Shown here: in pieces, positions 18,572 through 26,010 of the stretch
How positions within the stretch are numbered: position 1 is the stretch's first letter
How the letters are laid out: each line of letters begins with the position of its first letter
Assembly (NCBI GenBank): GCA_963794415.1
Contig: CAWCDI010000001.1
Coordinates: 1,868,731-1,932,730, forward strand
Source of the DNA: an uncultured Actinomycetes bacterium
GTDB lineage: Bacteria; Actinomycetota; Thermoleophilia; Gaiellales; JAICJC01
Length of the DNA: 64,000 nucleotides
Direction: 5' to 3'
Notes under the pieces: model-generated
The model's input: only the letters and a program-made list of their open reading frames with translations
Told to the model about the DNA's origin: nothing
Database searches by the model: none
Program-made: the position numbers and the translations under genes

Positions 18572-21500
18572 GGCTCGGCAGGATACAACGTGGGATCGAC
18601 GATGGCATCGCTCAGGCGCAGGCCCGTCGCGGGGCTCGACCACACCTCGCTCACCCACGGCCGCGTGAGCAGCGTCGAGCGCATGTAGCCGATCGGCACC
18701 AGCACCGCCGCGCGCTGCACCAGGTGGCGGTCGAGCTCCTGGTAGATGGCCAGGCGCCGGTCGTGATCGCGCTCGGCCGAGGCCGCCGCGCGAAGCCGCT
18801 CGGTGGTCTCGTCGGAGTAGATCCCGTACGACGGATGCACCAGCCCGCGGAAGAAGCCCTCCGGATCGGGATAGTCGGCGCCCCAGCTCGAGATGAACAT
18901 GTCGGCGTCGGCGATCGCGGGCTCGATCCCGCCGAAGTCGCGCGCCGGCGTGGTCACCTTCACCCGCAGGCCGATCTCGGCGAGCTGCTCCACCATCAGC
19001 TCGGCCACGGGATGCAGCCAGCCGTGGGCGCCCAGCACGATCTCGGGCAGCATGCGCCCCTCCGGGTGCCCGGCGTCGCGCAGGAGCTCGGCGGCGCGGT
19101 CCAGATCGCGCACCACCCCGCTCTTGGGCGAGTGCCCGGGAAGCGTCGGCGGCAGGAGCCCCGCACCGCTCGCCTGCCGCGGCTCCGACTCGACGGCCGC
19201 GGCCAGCGCCTTCACATCGAGCGCGGCGGCAATTGCCTGGCGGATGAGCGGATCCGACACGTTGGACTCCTCGGGCACGAACCACAGCATGAGGGTCGCG
19301 ATCCCGGGAACGGAGGTGACGGTCGTGCCCGGCTGCTGCCGGCCGCGGATGCCGAGCGACATCACGTCGGCGGCGTGGTTCTCCCACGTTGCGAGCCCCC
19401 GGCCCTTGACGTCGTCAAAATGCAGGAAGCCGATGTCGAGCTCGCCCACGTTGCCGGTCGGGCCAAGGAAGTACGGGTCGGCGACCGCCAGCAGGTGCGT
19501 GTCGTCGAGCTCTGCCACCTTGAACGGCCCGTTGGTGACCACCTCCTGCGTGCGCCAGTCCTGGCCGACGCGCTCCACGACGTGCCTCGGCCACGGCCGC
19601 AGCGCGCCGTGTGCGAGCTCGTAGAGAAACGCGTTTCGCGGCTGGTGCAGCACCACCTCGAGCGTGCGGTCGTCGTGGGCCACCACGTCGGCAACGTCCT
19701 CCAGCAGGAACGCCGTGGGCAGCTCCCACTCGATGATCTTCTGCCACGTGTACACGAAATCGTGGGCGGTGACGGGCTCGCCGTCGCTCCAGCGAAGGCC
19801 GTCGTGGAGCTGGAAGAGGTAGCTCAACCCGTCGCCCGACACGCGCATGTTCTCGGCCAGCGACGGCACCACGTTCATGTCGCGATCCAGCGTGAGGAGC
19901 CCGCGGAAGAGCACGTCGGTGACGGTGTTTGCCTCCATCACGTACACGTAGCCGGGCACGAACTCGAACGGCCGCGGCATGATCATCGAGAGCCGCTGGT
20001 CGCGAGTCACCTTCTCGGGCAGCGGCGCCTTGCACGCAAACGCCTCGTCGTAGGCGCGCTCGGCGCCGCGATAGTCGAAGTCCACGTGGTGGACGAGGGC
20101 GATCTTGAAGAGCGTCTCGCGCGACCGCCGCTCGTCCCCGAGCCGCGCCAGGAACGCGCGGGCGCGGCGGTAGTCCTCCACGGCCTCGTCGGTGGCCCAG
20201 AGCGCGCGGGCGTTGTCGCCGGCCTGGATGAGCGCGTCGGCCGCCTCGCTGGGCATGTCGGCCTCGGCCAGGTGGCGCGCGAGCACCGGGGTCGGCGGCG
20301 TCATGCCCGACTCGGCGGCCAGCTCCCGGAGCGCCAGGGCGATGCGCCGGTGGGCGTCGCGGCGGTCGTGCTCGAGCATGCCGGTGTAGGCCACCTCCTG
20401 CACCAGCCCGTGCCGGAACCGGTACTCCGGCGCCGGCCGGCGCCGCTCCTCGGTGATCAGGTCGAGCCGCTGCAGCTCGAGCAGCGCCGAGTGCGCCACG
20501 TCGGGATCCACCAGCTTCTCGACCAGCTCCACCCCGAACGTCCTGCCCACCGCCGCGCAGAGCGTCGCCACCTCGCGCGTCTGCGGGCTGAGGCGGCCGA
20601 GCCGGGCCTGGAGCGCAGTCTGCACCGCCACGGGCACCGCGACGTCGGCCAGATCCACCTGCAGCGCCATGCCGTCGCCGTTGGGCGTGATCACGCCGCG
20701 CTCGGCCAGATCGCGGATGGCCTCCTCGATGAAGAACGGGTTGCCGCCGGCGCGCTCCGAGACGAGCGCCCCCACGTCGGACGGGAGCTTCCCGCCCGCC
20801 ACGGTCTCTGCCAGCCGCATGCCGGCATCGGCGGGCAGCGCGCGCAGCTCGACCTCGCGGTAGCGGTGCGGCAGCCGCTCGCGGGCCCGCTGCCCCAGCT
20901 TCCAGGCGCTCGACTCGCGCTCGCTGCGGTACACCAGCGCAAAGCCGATGGAGGCGCGCTCGGTGAGGTCGAGCAGATGATCGACCACGGCGATGGTGGC
21001 GGCATCGGCCCAGTGCAGGTCGTCCATGACCACCAGCACGGGCTGGTCCTCGGCCAGGCGGCAGAGCACGTCGGAGAGCGCGCCGCCCGCCCGGTCGCGC
21101 ACGTTCTCGCGCGAGAGCTCGTTCAGGATGCCGGCCGCATCGGGGCCCTCCGGGGCCAGGCCGAGCGCCGCAGAGAGCAGCACGTAGCGGTCGCCCAGCT
21201 CGCCGAAGAGCTCGGTGAGCTTCGCCTTCAGCTCGAGCCGCATGCGCGAGTCGGTCGCCGCCACCGGCAGATCCATCCAGCCCCGCAGCAGGTCGCGGAT
21301 GGGCCAGAGCGGGAACCCGGTCGCATACGACGAGCTACGGCCCTCGAGCAGGCACGGCGGGTGCTCGGCCGCCCCCACCACGTCGCGGATGAGCCGCGTC
21401 TTCCCGATGCCCGCCTCGCCGGTGACCACCATCACCACGCCCAGCCCGTCGCAGAGCTCGGTGACCGCCCGCTCGAGCAGCGTGCGCTCGAAGTCGCGGC

Positions 21501-22113
21501 CGACCAGCGGCGGATCGGGGCGCGGGTCGCACGCCGGCACGGCGCCGTCCACCCGCATAAGCCTGATCGGCGAGCTGAAGCCGCGGAGCTCCACCTCGCC
21601 CAGGTCGTCCAGCTCGAAGAGGCCGCTCACCGCGCGGGCCAGCTCGGGGCCGACCACCACGGTGCCCGGCTCGGCGTGCTGCTGCAGCCGCGCCGCGAGG
21701 TTCACGGGGTCGCCGAGCGCGTTGAACCGCTCGCCGTCGCTCCCCGCCTCCCAGTCCACCACCACCCGGCCGGCCTCGACCGCCACCCGCGCGGCCACCG
21801 TCACGCCGTAGTCGGCCCGCACCTGCTCGGCAAACCGCGCCAGCTCGCGCTGCAGCTCGATGCCCGCGAGCACCGCGCGCTCGGCGTCGTCGTCGTGGGC
21901 CTCGGGCGCGCCGAACACCGCGAGCACGCCGTCGCCGGAGAGCTGTGCCACCGTGCCGCCGAACCGCCGCACGTGCACCGACACGAGGTCGGTGATCTCG
22001 TCGAAGAGCAGCTTCGAGCGCTCGGGGCCGAGCCGCTCGGCGATGGCCGTCGAGCCTTGCACGTCGGCCATCAGCACCGACACCAACCGCATCTCGCCTC
22101 GGGTCACGGACAT
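18568..22113 (-). CDS. Class III nucleotide cyclase - STAND/AAA NTPase - helical repeats - family 5 solute-binding domain fusion
   Basis: VLMADVQGST, LSGDGVLAVFG, GDPVNLAARLQ; Walker A GEAGIGKTR, Walker B VVMDDLHWAD, GGNPFF; OppA-like VPSLAE...DGLSYLFQLHDGLRWSDGEPVTAHDFVYTW, NGPFK, WGADYPDP. Confidence 0.9.
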   Translation of the reverse strand: MSVTRGEMRLVSVLMADVQGSTAIAERLGPERSKLLFDEITDLVSVHVRRFGGTVAQLSGDGVLAVFGAPEAHDDDAERAVLAGIELQRELARFAEQVRADYGVTVAARVAVEAGRVVVDWEAGSDGERFNALGDPVNLAARLQQHAEPGTVVVGPELARAVSGLFELDDLGEVELRGFSSPIRLMRVDGAVPACDPRPDPPLVGRDFERTLLERAVTELCDGLGVVMVVTGEAGIGKTRLIRDVVGAAEHPPCLLEGRSSSYATGFPLWPIRDLLRGWMDLPVAATDSRMRLELKAKLTELFGELGDRYVLLSAALGLAPEGPDAAGILNELSRENVRDRAGGALSDVLCRLAEDQPVLVVMDDLHWADAATIAVVDHLLDLTERASIGFALVYRSERESSAWKLGQRARERLPHRYREVELRALPADAGMRLAETVAGGKLPSDVGALVSERAGGNPFFIEEAIRDLAERGVITPNGDGMALQVDLADVAVPVAVQTALQARLGRLSPQTREVATLCAAVGRTFGVELVEKLVDPDVAHSALLELQRLDLITEERRRPAPEYRFRHGLVQEVAYTGMLEHDRRDAHRRIALALRELAAESGMTPPTPVLARHLAEADMPSEAADALIQAGDNARALWATDEAVEDYRRARAFLARLGDERRSRETLFKIALVHHVDFDYRGAERAYDEAFACKAPLPEKVTRDQRLSMIMPRPFEFVPGYVYVMEANTVTDVLFRGLLTLDRDMNVVPSLAENMRVSGDGLSYLFQLHDGLRWSDGEPVTAHDFVYTWQKIIEWELPTAFLLEDVADVVAHDDRTLEVVLHQPRNAFLYELAHGALRPWPRHVVERVGQDWRTQEVVTNGPFKVAELDDTHLLAVADPYFLGPTGNVGELDIGFLHFDDVKGRGLATWENHAADVMSLGIRGRQQPGTTVTSVPGIATLMLWFVPEESNVSDPLIRQAIAAALDVKALAAAVESEPRQASGAGLLPPTLPGHSPKSGVVRDLDRAAELLRDAGHPEGRMLPEIVLGAHGWLHPVAELMVEQLAEIGLRVKVTTPARDFGGIEPAIADADMFISSWGADYPDPEGFFRGLVHPSYGIYSDETTERLRAAASAERDHDRRLAIYQELDRHLVQRAAVLVPIGYMRSTLLTRPWVSEVWSSPATGLRLSDAIVDPTLYPAEP

Positions 22114-22143
22114 GGGTGCAGTGTGGCACACCGCGAAGCCGTC

Positions 22144-22171
22144 CTAAAGGTGCCGCCGCTTGCTGCCGATG
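22144..22171 (+). promoter_or_regulatory. Sigma-28-type promoter
   Basis: TAAA-N16-GCCGAT (22145-22170), close to the SigD/FliA consensus. Confidence 0.55.
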
Positions 22172-22259
22172 GCACCGGACTCGTCCGGGGAAGCCGTATG
22201 CCTTCAGGGGGCCATCGGTGGAGCTCGGGTGGCGCCGCTTCGGGAGGCTCCCGCAGTGG

Positions 22260-22367
22260 CCGGCGGATGCCGGGAGCGACGGCCCTTCGGGGTCGCTCTA
22301 CCCCGGTGGAAACCGGTCACCGCCGCCTTCTGGAGCGGAACCCGTCATCCGGGCATGCATCCGCCGG
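22260..22367 (+). ncRNA. Candidate structured cis-regulatory RNA, family not recognised
   Basis: Perfect 11-bp closing stem CCGGCGGATGC/GCATCCGCCGG enclosing a cUUCGg hairpin (22274-22298) and a CCGGT-GGAA-ACCGG GNRA hairpin (22303-22316). Confidence 0.45.
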
Positions 22368-22413
22368 TGGCTCTCTGGGTGTGCGGCTCCCCGGGACGAG
22401 CACTCGATCTCTC

Positions 22414-23079
22414 ATGGCCACGATCTCTCGCAAACACCTGCTCGTCTCCGCCTCGGCGCTCATCGGCGGCGCAACCGCGTTCGGCGCGGTCGATAGCCCG
22501 CGGGTGCTGGGCCAGACGCTGCCGGTCTATCGCCTCGACAACAGCGCCACGCCGCACTCGGCCGGCTGCGTGAGCTGCAACGCCTGCGCCGCGCACGCCG
22601 CCAACAAGTACTTCGCGACCGCGACCGACGCCGACCTCGACCGCGCCCACGTCCACTGCAAGTGCGTGGTGGTCGAGGGCGAGCAGCTGCCCTATCCGCA
22701 GTGGGTGCTGCTCTTCGGCGGCATGCCCGGATCCACCACGCGCGCGAGCGTGGATCTGCGCTCGCCGGGCGTCGCCGAGGTGCTCGCCCCCAGGGAGATC
22801 CACGTGCGCACCTTGCGAGTGCGGCTGCACCGGCGGCTGCTGGCAGTCGATCTGAAGCTCACGCAGGCCGCGCGGATCGAGGTGCACATGGCGGCCTCGC
22901 CGGGCGCCGTCTACGCCAGCAAGTGGCTGTCCGCGCCGCAGGGGATGAGCCGGAAGGGCGTGAGCATCCCGCCCGGCGCGCCCGCCGGCCCGTGCCTCCT
23001 CACGTTCGTGGTGCACCCCGCCTCGGGGAAGGGCCCGTCACGCACGCTCACGCGCCACGTGACGATCAGCCGAACGTGA
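22414..23079 (+). CDS. Putative Tat-exported Cys/His metal-binding protein
   Basis: ISRKHLL followed by a hydrophobic stretch; CVSCNACAAH and HVHCKC motifs; beta-rich C-terminus. Confidence 0.6.
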   Translation: MATISRKHLLVSASALIGGATAFGAVDSPRVLGQTLPVYRLDNSATPHSAGCVSCNACAAHAANKYFATATDADLDRAHVHCKCVVVEGEQLPYPQWVLLFGGMPGSTTRASVDLRSPGVAEVLAPREIHVRTLRVRLHRRLLAVDLKLTQAARIEVHMAASPGAVYASKWLSAPQGMSRKGVSIPPGAPAGPCLLTFVVHPASGKGPSRTLTRHVTISRT

Positions 23080-24757
23080 ACGAGTAGAGCGTGGTGCCCT
23101 GCGGCACCGAGATGTTGATCACGTGCGGTCCGGCCGACTGCTTCGCCGAGAGCAGGTAGAGGTCGTGGGCGTTCACGCGCACCGGCGGCTCCTTCTTGCC
23201 GTCCACGGTGATCCCCAGCACCGCGCTGGATCCGGCCGGCGGGCCGGCGACCAGATAGATGCGCGGCGCGGTGTACTTGAAGAGCAGGTGCGCGTTCTTG
23301 CCCGCAACGATCTGGTGTGACTGCACCAGCCACGTCCCGGTGAGCACCACGTTGCCCGGCTGGAATGTCCGGGGCGCGGAGTAGGTGGCCGAGCGGCCCT
23401 CGTGCATCTGCTGCACGTACCCCGCCGCGCGGTAGGTGCCGAGGTAGGTCTCGGGCGTGCGCACCTGCGGCGATGCGGTGAGCGCTCCGGCCGGGGTCAC
23501 CGGGGCCGCCGCCTTCTCGCCGAGGAGCGTGCGGATGTCGGCCTCGGTCTGCGAGTAGGCGCCCTCGCCGAAGTGGGCGTCGCGGACGTTGCCGTTTCGG
23601 TCGATCAGGTAGTCCGCCGGCCAGTACTGGTTGCCGTAGGCATTCCAGGTGCCGTAGGCGTCGTCGATGGCGACGGGATAGCGGATGTCGTGCTCGGAGA
23701 CCGCCATGCGCACGTTGGAGGGGACGTGCTCGAACGCGAACTCCGGCGTGTGCACCCCGACGATCTCGAGGCCTGCCTTGTGGTAGCGGGAGTACCACGC
23801 CTCGAGGTAGGGGAGCGTGCGGATGCAGTTCACGCACGAGTACGTCCAGAAGTCCACCAGCACCACCTTGCCGCGCAGCTTCGCCATGGTGAGCGGTGCG
23901 CCGCCGGGGGTGTTGATCCAGTCCGAGATGCGCGTGAAGTCCGGCGCCTTGCCGTAGTTCTTCAGCTGGTCGGCGGAGTTGCCGGCGGCCAGGGCCGCTT
24001 TCGAGCTCGAGTCGGAGTGCTCCAGCTTCTGCAGGTCGTTGCGGACGAGGGTGGACTTCTCGGCGCCCTGCAGGCTCTCGAGATAGCCGGGAGCGCTGGC
24101 CGCAAGCTGGGTCGGGATGTTGGTGTGGAAGAGAAACGCGGCGGCGATCAGCACGACTCCCGCGGCCTGGCGCAGGTGCACCCCGCCATGGCGGATCGCG
24201 GTGAGCTTCCCCGCACCGCGGTTTCCGAGCAGCGCGATGCCGAAGATCGGGATGGTCGCCCCGGCCGCGTAGGCGATGGTGATGAGCACCAGCTCGAGCG
24301 AGACCCGGTACTGCGAGCTGAGCGAGGTGACCGCCGCGAGGATCGGCCCGGCGCAGGGCGTCCACACCAGCGCGAGGCCGGCGCCCAGGCCAACGCCCGA
24401 CCAGAACCCGTCGCCCTTTGCCAGCCTGCCGCCGGCCCTCGCCGAGAGCGGCACGAAGAGGCGGCCGACCCACTCACCCAGCGGCGGGATCAGCAGCGTG
24501 ATGCCCACCAGCGCCAGCATCACGATTGCGAGCGTGTGCAGGAGGTCCTGCGGCAGGCCGAGCGCCGAGAGCAGGCGCGACGCGGTGAGCGTGAACACGA
24601 CGAACGCCACGGCGAGCCCGGTGGCGATGCCCAGCGGCCGGCGCCGGCCGCCGGTCGCGGATGCGGCCGCGACGACAGGCAGCACAGGGAGGACACACGG
24701 CGAGAGGAACGTTGCGAGCCCTGCAACGACGCCGACGACGATCAGGGTGAAGTCCAC
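23066..24757 (-). CDS. dipZ: Cytochrome c biogenesis protein DipZ (CcdA TM domain, thioredoxin-like domain, C-terminal domain)
   Basis: FLSPCVLPVLP, WTPCAGPIL, VDFWTYSCVNCIR, GVHTPEFAFE, NQYWPA, HFGEGAY, TPETYLG, YSFTFG. Confidence 0.93.
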   Translation of the reverse strand: MDFTLIVVGVVAGLATFLSPCVLPVLPVVAAASATGGRRRPLGIATGLAVAFVVFTLTASRLLSALGLPQDLLHTLAIVMLALVGITLLIPPLGEWVGRLFVPLSARAGGRLAKGDGFWSGVGLGAGLALVWTPCAGPILAAVTSLSSQYRVSLELVLITIAYAAGATIPIFGIALLGNRGAGKLTAIRHGGVHLRQAAGVVLIAAAFLFHTNIPTQLAASAPGYLESLQGAEKSTLVRNDLQKLEHSDSSSKAALAAGNSADQLKNYGKAPDFTRISDWINTPGGAPLTMAKLRGKVVLVDFWTYSCVNCIRTLPYLEAWYSRYHKAGLEIVGVHTPEFAFEHVPSNVRMAVSEHDIRYPVAIDDAYGTWNAYGNQYWPADYLIDRNGNVRDAHFGEGAYSQTEADIRTLLGEKAAAPVTPAGALTASPQVRTPETYLGTYRAAGYVQQMHEGRSATYSAPRTFQPGNVVLTGTWLVQSHQIVAGKNAHLLFKYTAPRIYLVAGPPAGSSAVLGITVDGKKEPPVRVNAHDLYLLSAKQSAGPHVINISVPQGTTLYSFTFG

Positions 24758-24766
24758 ACCTCATGA

Positions 24767-24791
24767 TACGAAGCCGAGGGTTGGACGGTTC
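24767..24791 (-). promoter_or_regulatory. ECF-type promoter of dipZ
   Basis: GAACC-N16-CGTA on the minus strand, about 10 nt before the dipZ start. Confidence 0.5.
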
Positions 24792-24804
24792 TCAACACTC
24801 GATT

Positions 24805-24856
24805 AAACGAACAAGGCTCGGGCTGGGCCTGCCGCTCCGCAGACCCCGCCCGAGCC
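24805..24856 (-). terminator. Intrinsic terminator after the 55-aa peptide gene
   Basis: Stem GGCTCGGGC/GCCCGAGCC with inner pairing, followed on the minus strand by TTGTTCGTTT; a second hairpin GCCGCGG/CCGCGGC lies at 24861-24877. Confidence 0.7.
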
Positions 24857-24891
24857 GGACGCCGCGGAGACCGCGGCAAACCTGACTGCTG

Positions 24892-25059
24892 CTAGCGCTT
24901 GTGGTGGTGCAGCTCGAAGTCGGGGCCTTCCTCGTCGCTCTCGGGAGAGACCTCGTCAACGGCCTTCTTGTGCACGTGCGCCTCGACGTCGGGAGCGTCG
25001 TCGCGCTTGGCGTGCGCCCCTGCCTCGTTGCCATGCTTGAAACGATCGATCTCGCTCAT
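24892..25059 (-). CDS. 55-aa acidic His-rich repeat peptide (not in the ORF track)
   Basis: Hand translation MSEIDRFKHGNEAGAHAKRDDAPDVEAHVHKKAVDEVSPESDEEGPDFELHHHKR; AGGAGG RBS, GC-rich third codon positions, own promoter and terminator. Confidence 0.8.
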   Translation of the reverse strand: MSEIDRFKHGNEAGAHAKRDDAPDVEAHVHKKAVDEVSPESDEEGPDFELHHHKR

Positions 25060-25102
25060 CGTGATCCTCCTGCGGTGGTGGAATGACCCAATCCTTACTC
25101 AC

Positions 25103-25132
25103 CCAGACGGGGGATGCGCGCGAAATCTTCCC
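25103..25132 (-). promoter_or_regulatory. ECF promoter, copy 1 (peptide gene)
   Basis: GGGAAGA-N16-CGTCTGG. Confidence 0.75.
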
Positions 25133-25177
25133 GACCGTTGAAATTCGTTTCGCGAGCCGCACCGGTAAGGTTGGCGG

Positions 25178-25726
25178 ATGGCCACATCTCAGGCGCTTGT
25201 CGATCGCTGCCGCACGGGCGATCCAGACGCCTGGCGCGATCTGGTGGACGGCTACGCCGCATACGTGAACGCGATCATCGTGCGCGCCTACCGGGTGGGC
25301 CCCGAGGACGCCGAGGACATCTTCCAGGACGTGTTCAGCCGCGTGTTCGAGCGGCTCGAGACGCTGCGCGACGACGAGGCGCTGCGCGCGTGGATCGCCC
25401 AGGTGACCCGGAACCTCTGCCTCGACCACCTGCGGCGCGCCCGGCCGGCGGAGGAGCTGCCCGAGACCCTCATCTCCGACGGCGAGCAGGAGCTGGCCGA
25501 CCTCACCGAGGCGCTCTGGCTGCGCCAGGCGATGGCCGATCTGCCCGAGAGCTGCAGCGACATCCTCGACCGGTTCTTCCAGCGCGACCAGTCCTACCGC
25601 ACCATCGCGAGCCAGACCGGGATCGCCGAGGGCACCATCGCGAGCCGCATCAGCCGGTGCCTCGGGAGGCTTCGCGAACTGGTCGAGGGAAGAAATGTGC
25701 ACCCGCCTGCGTCTGGAAAGACATGA
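25178..25726 (+). CDS. ECF RNA polymerase sigma factor
   Basis: GDPDAWRDLVDGY, DAEDIFQDVF, WIAQVTRNLCLD, SYRTIA...GTIASRISRCLGRLR; TAAGGT -10 just before ATG. Confidence 0.93.
   Translation: MATSQALVDRCRTGDPDAWRDLVDGYAAYVNAIIVRAYRVGPEDAEDIFQDVFSRVFERLETLRDDEALRAWIAQVTRNLCLDHLRRARPAEELPETLISDGEQELADLTEALWLRQAMADLPESCSDILDRFFQRDQSYRTIASQTGIAEGTIASRISRCLGRLRELVEGRNVHPPASGKT
25687..25716 (+). promoter_or_regulatory. ECF promoter, copy 2 (inside sigma 3' end, facing the partner gene)
   Basis: GGGAAGA-N16-CGTCTGG, 6 nt before ATG 25723. Confidence 0.72.
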
Positions 25727-25980
25727 GCATCGACGACTACGAGATCCAGCGGCGCCTGCGGCTGCTGCCGCCACCGCCCGTGAGCTGGGTGCAGACGGCC
25801 AAGGAGCTGCCGTTCGTGCAGGACGAGATCTCGCAGATCCTCTCGCGCGCTGCCGCGGACGAGCGGTTCCAGCAGGCGCTTCGCGACGATCCCGAGGGCG
25901 CGCTCGAGGCCGGCGGCTACGAGCTCTCGGGGGACGTCGTCGCGCACATGCTGCGGCGGCTGCCGCCCCCCGCTCGCTGA
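25723..25980 (+). CDS. 85-aa sigma partner (candidate anti-sigma) with NHLP-leader-like C-terminal segment
   Basis: ATGA overlap with sigma; LRLLPPPPVSWVQTAKELP followed by ILSRAAADERFQQALRDDPEGALEAGGYELS. Confidence 0.75.
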   Translation: MSIDDYEIQRRLRLLPPPPVSWVQTAKELPFVQDEISQILSRAAADERFQQALRDDPEGALEAGGYELSGDVVAHMLRRLPPPAR

Positions 25981-26010
25981 TCCGGCGCCGCCTGTAGCAT
26001 CTGCGGCTCG

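Noticed and set aside
22180-22400. Cobalamin or c-di-AMP riboswitch (GCCACTG on minus; GAACCCGTCA on plus)
   Set aside because: Only isolated fragments match; the remaining consensus elements are missing.
18724-22413. 1451-aa plus-strand ORF
   Set aside because: Antisense shadow of the cyclase gene in high-GC DNA; only the part from ATG 22414 looks like a real gene.
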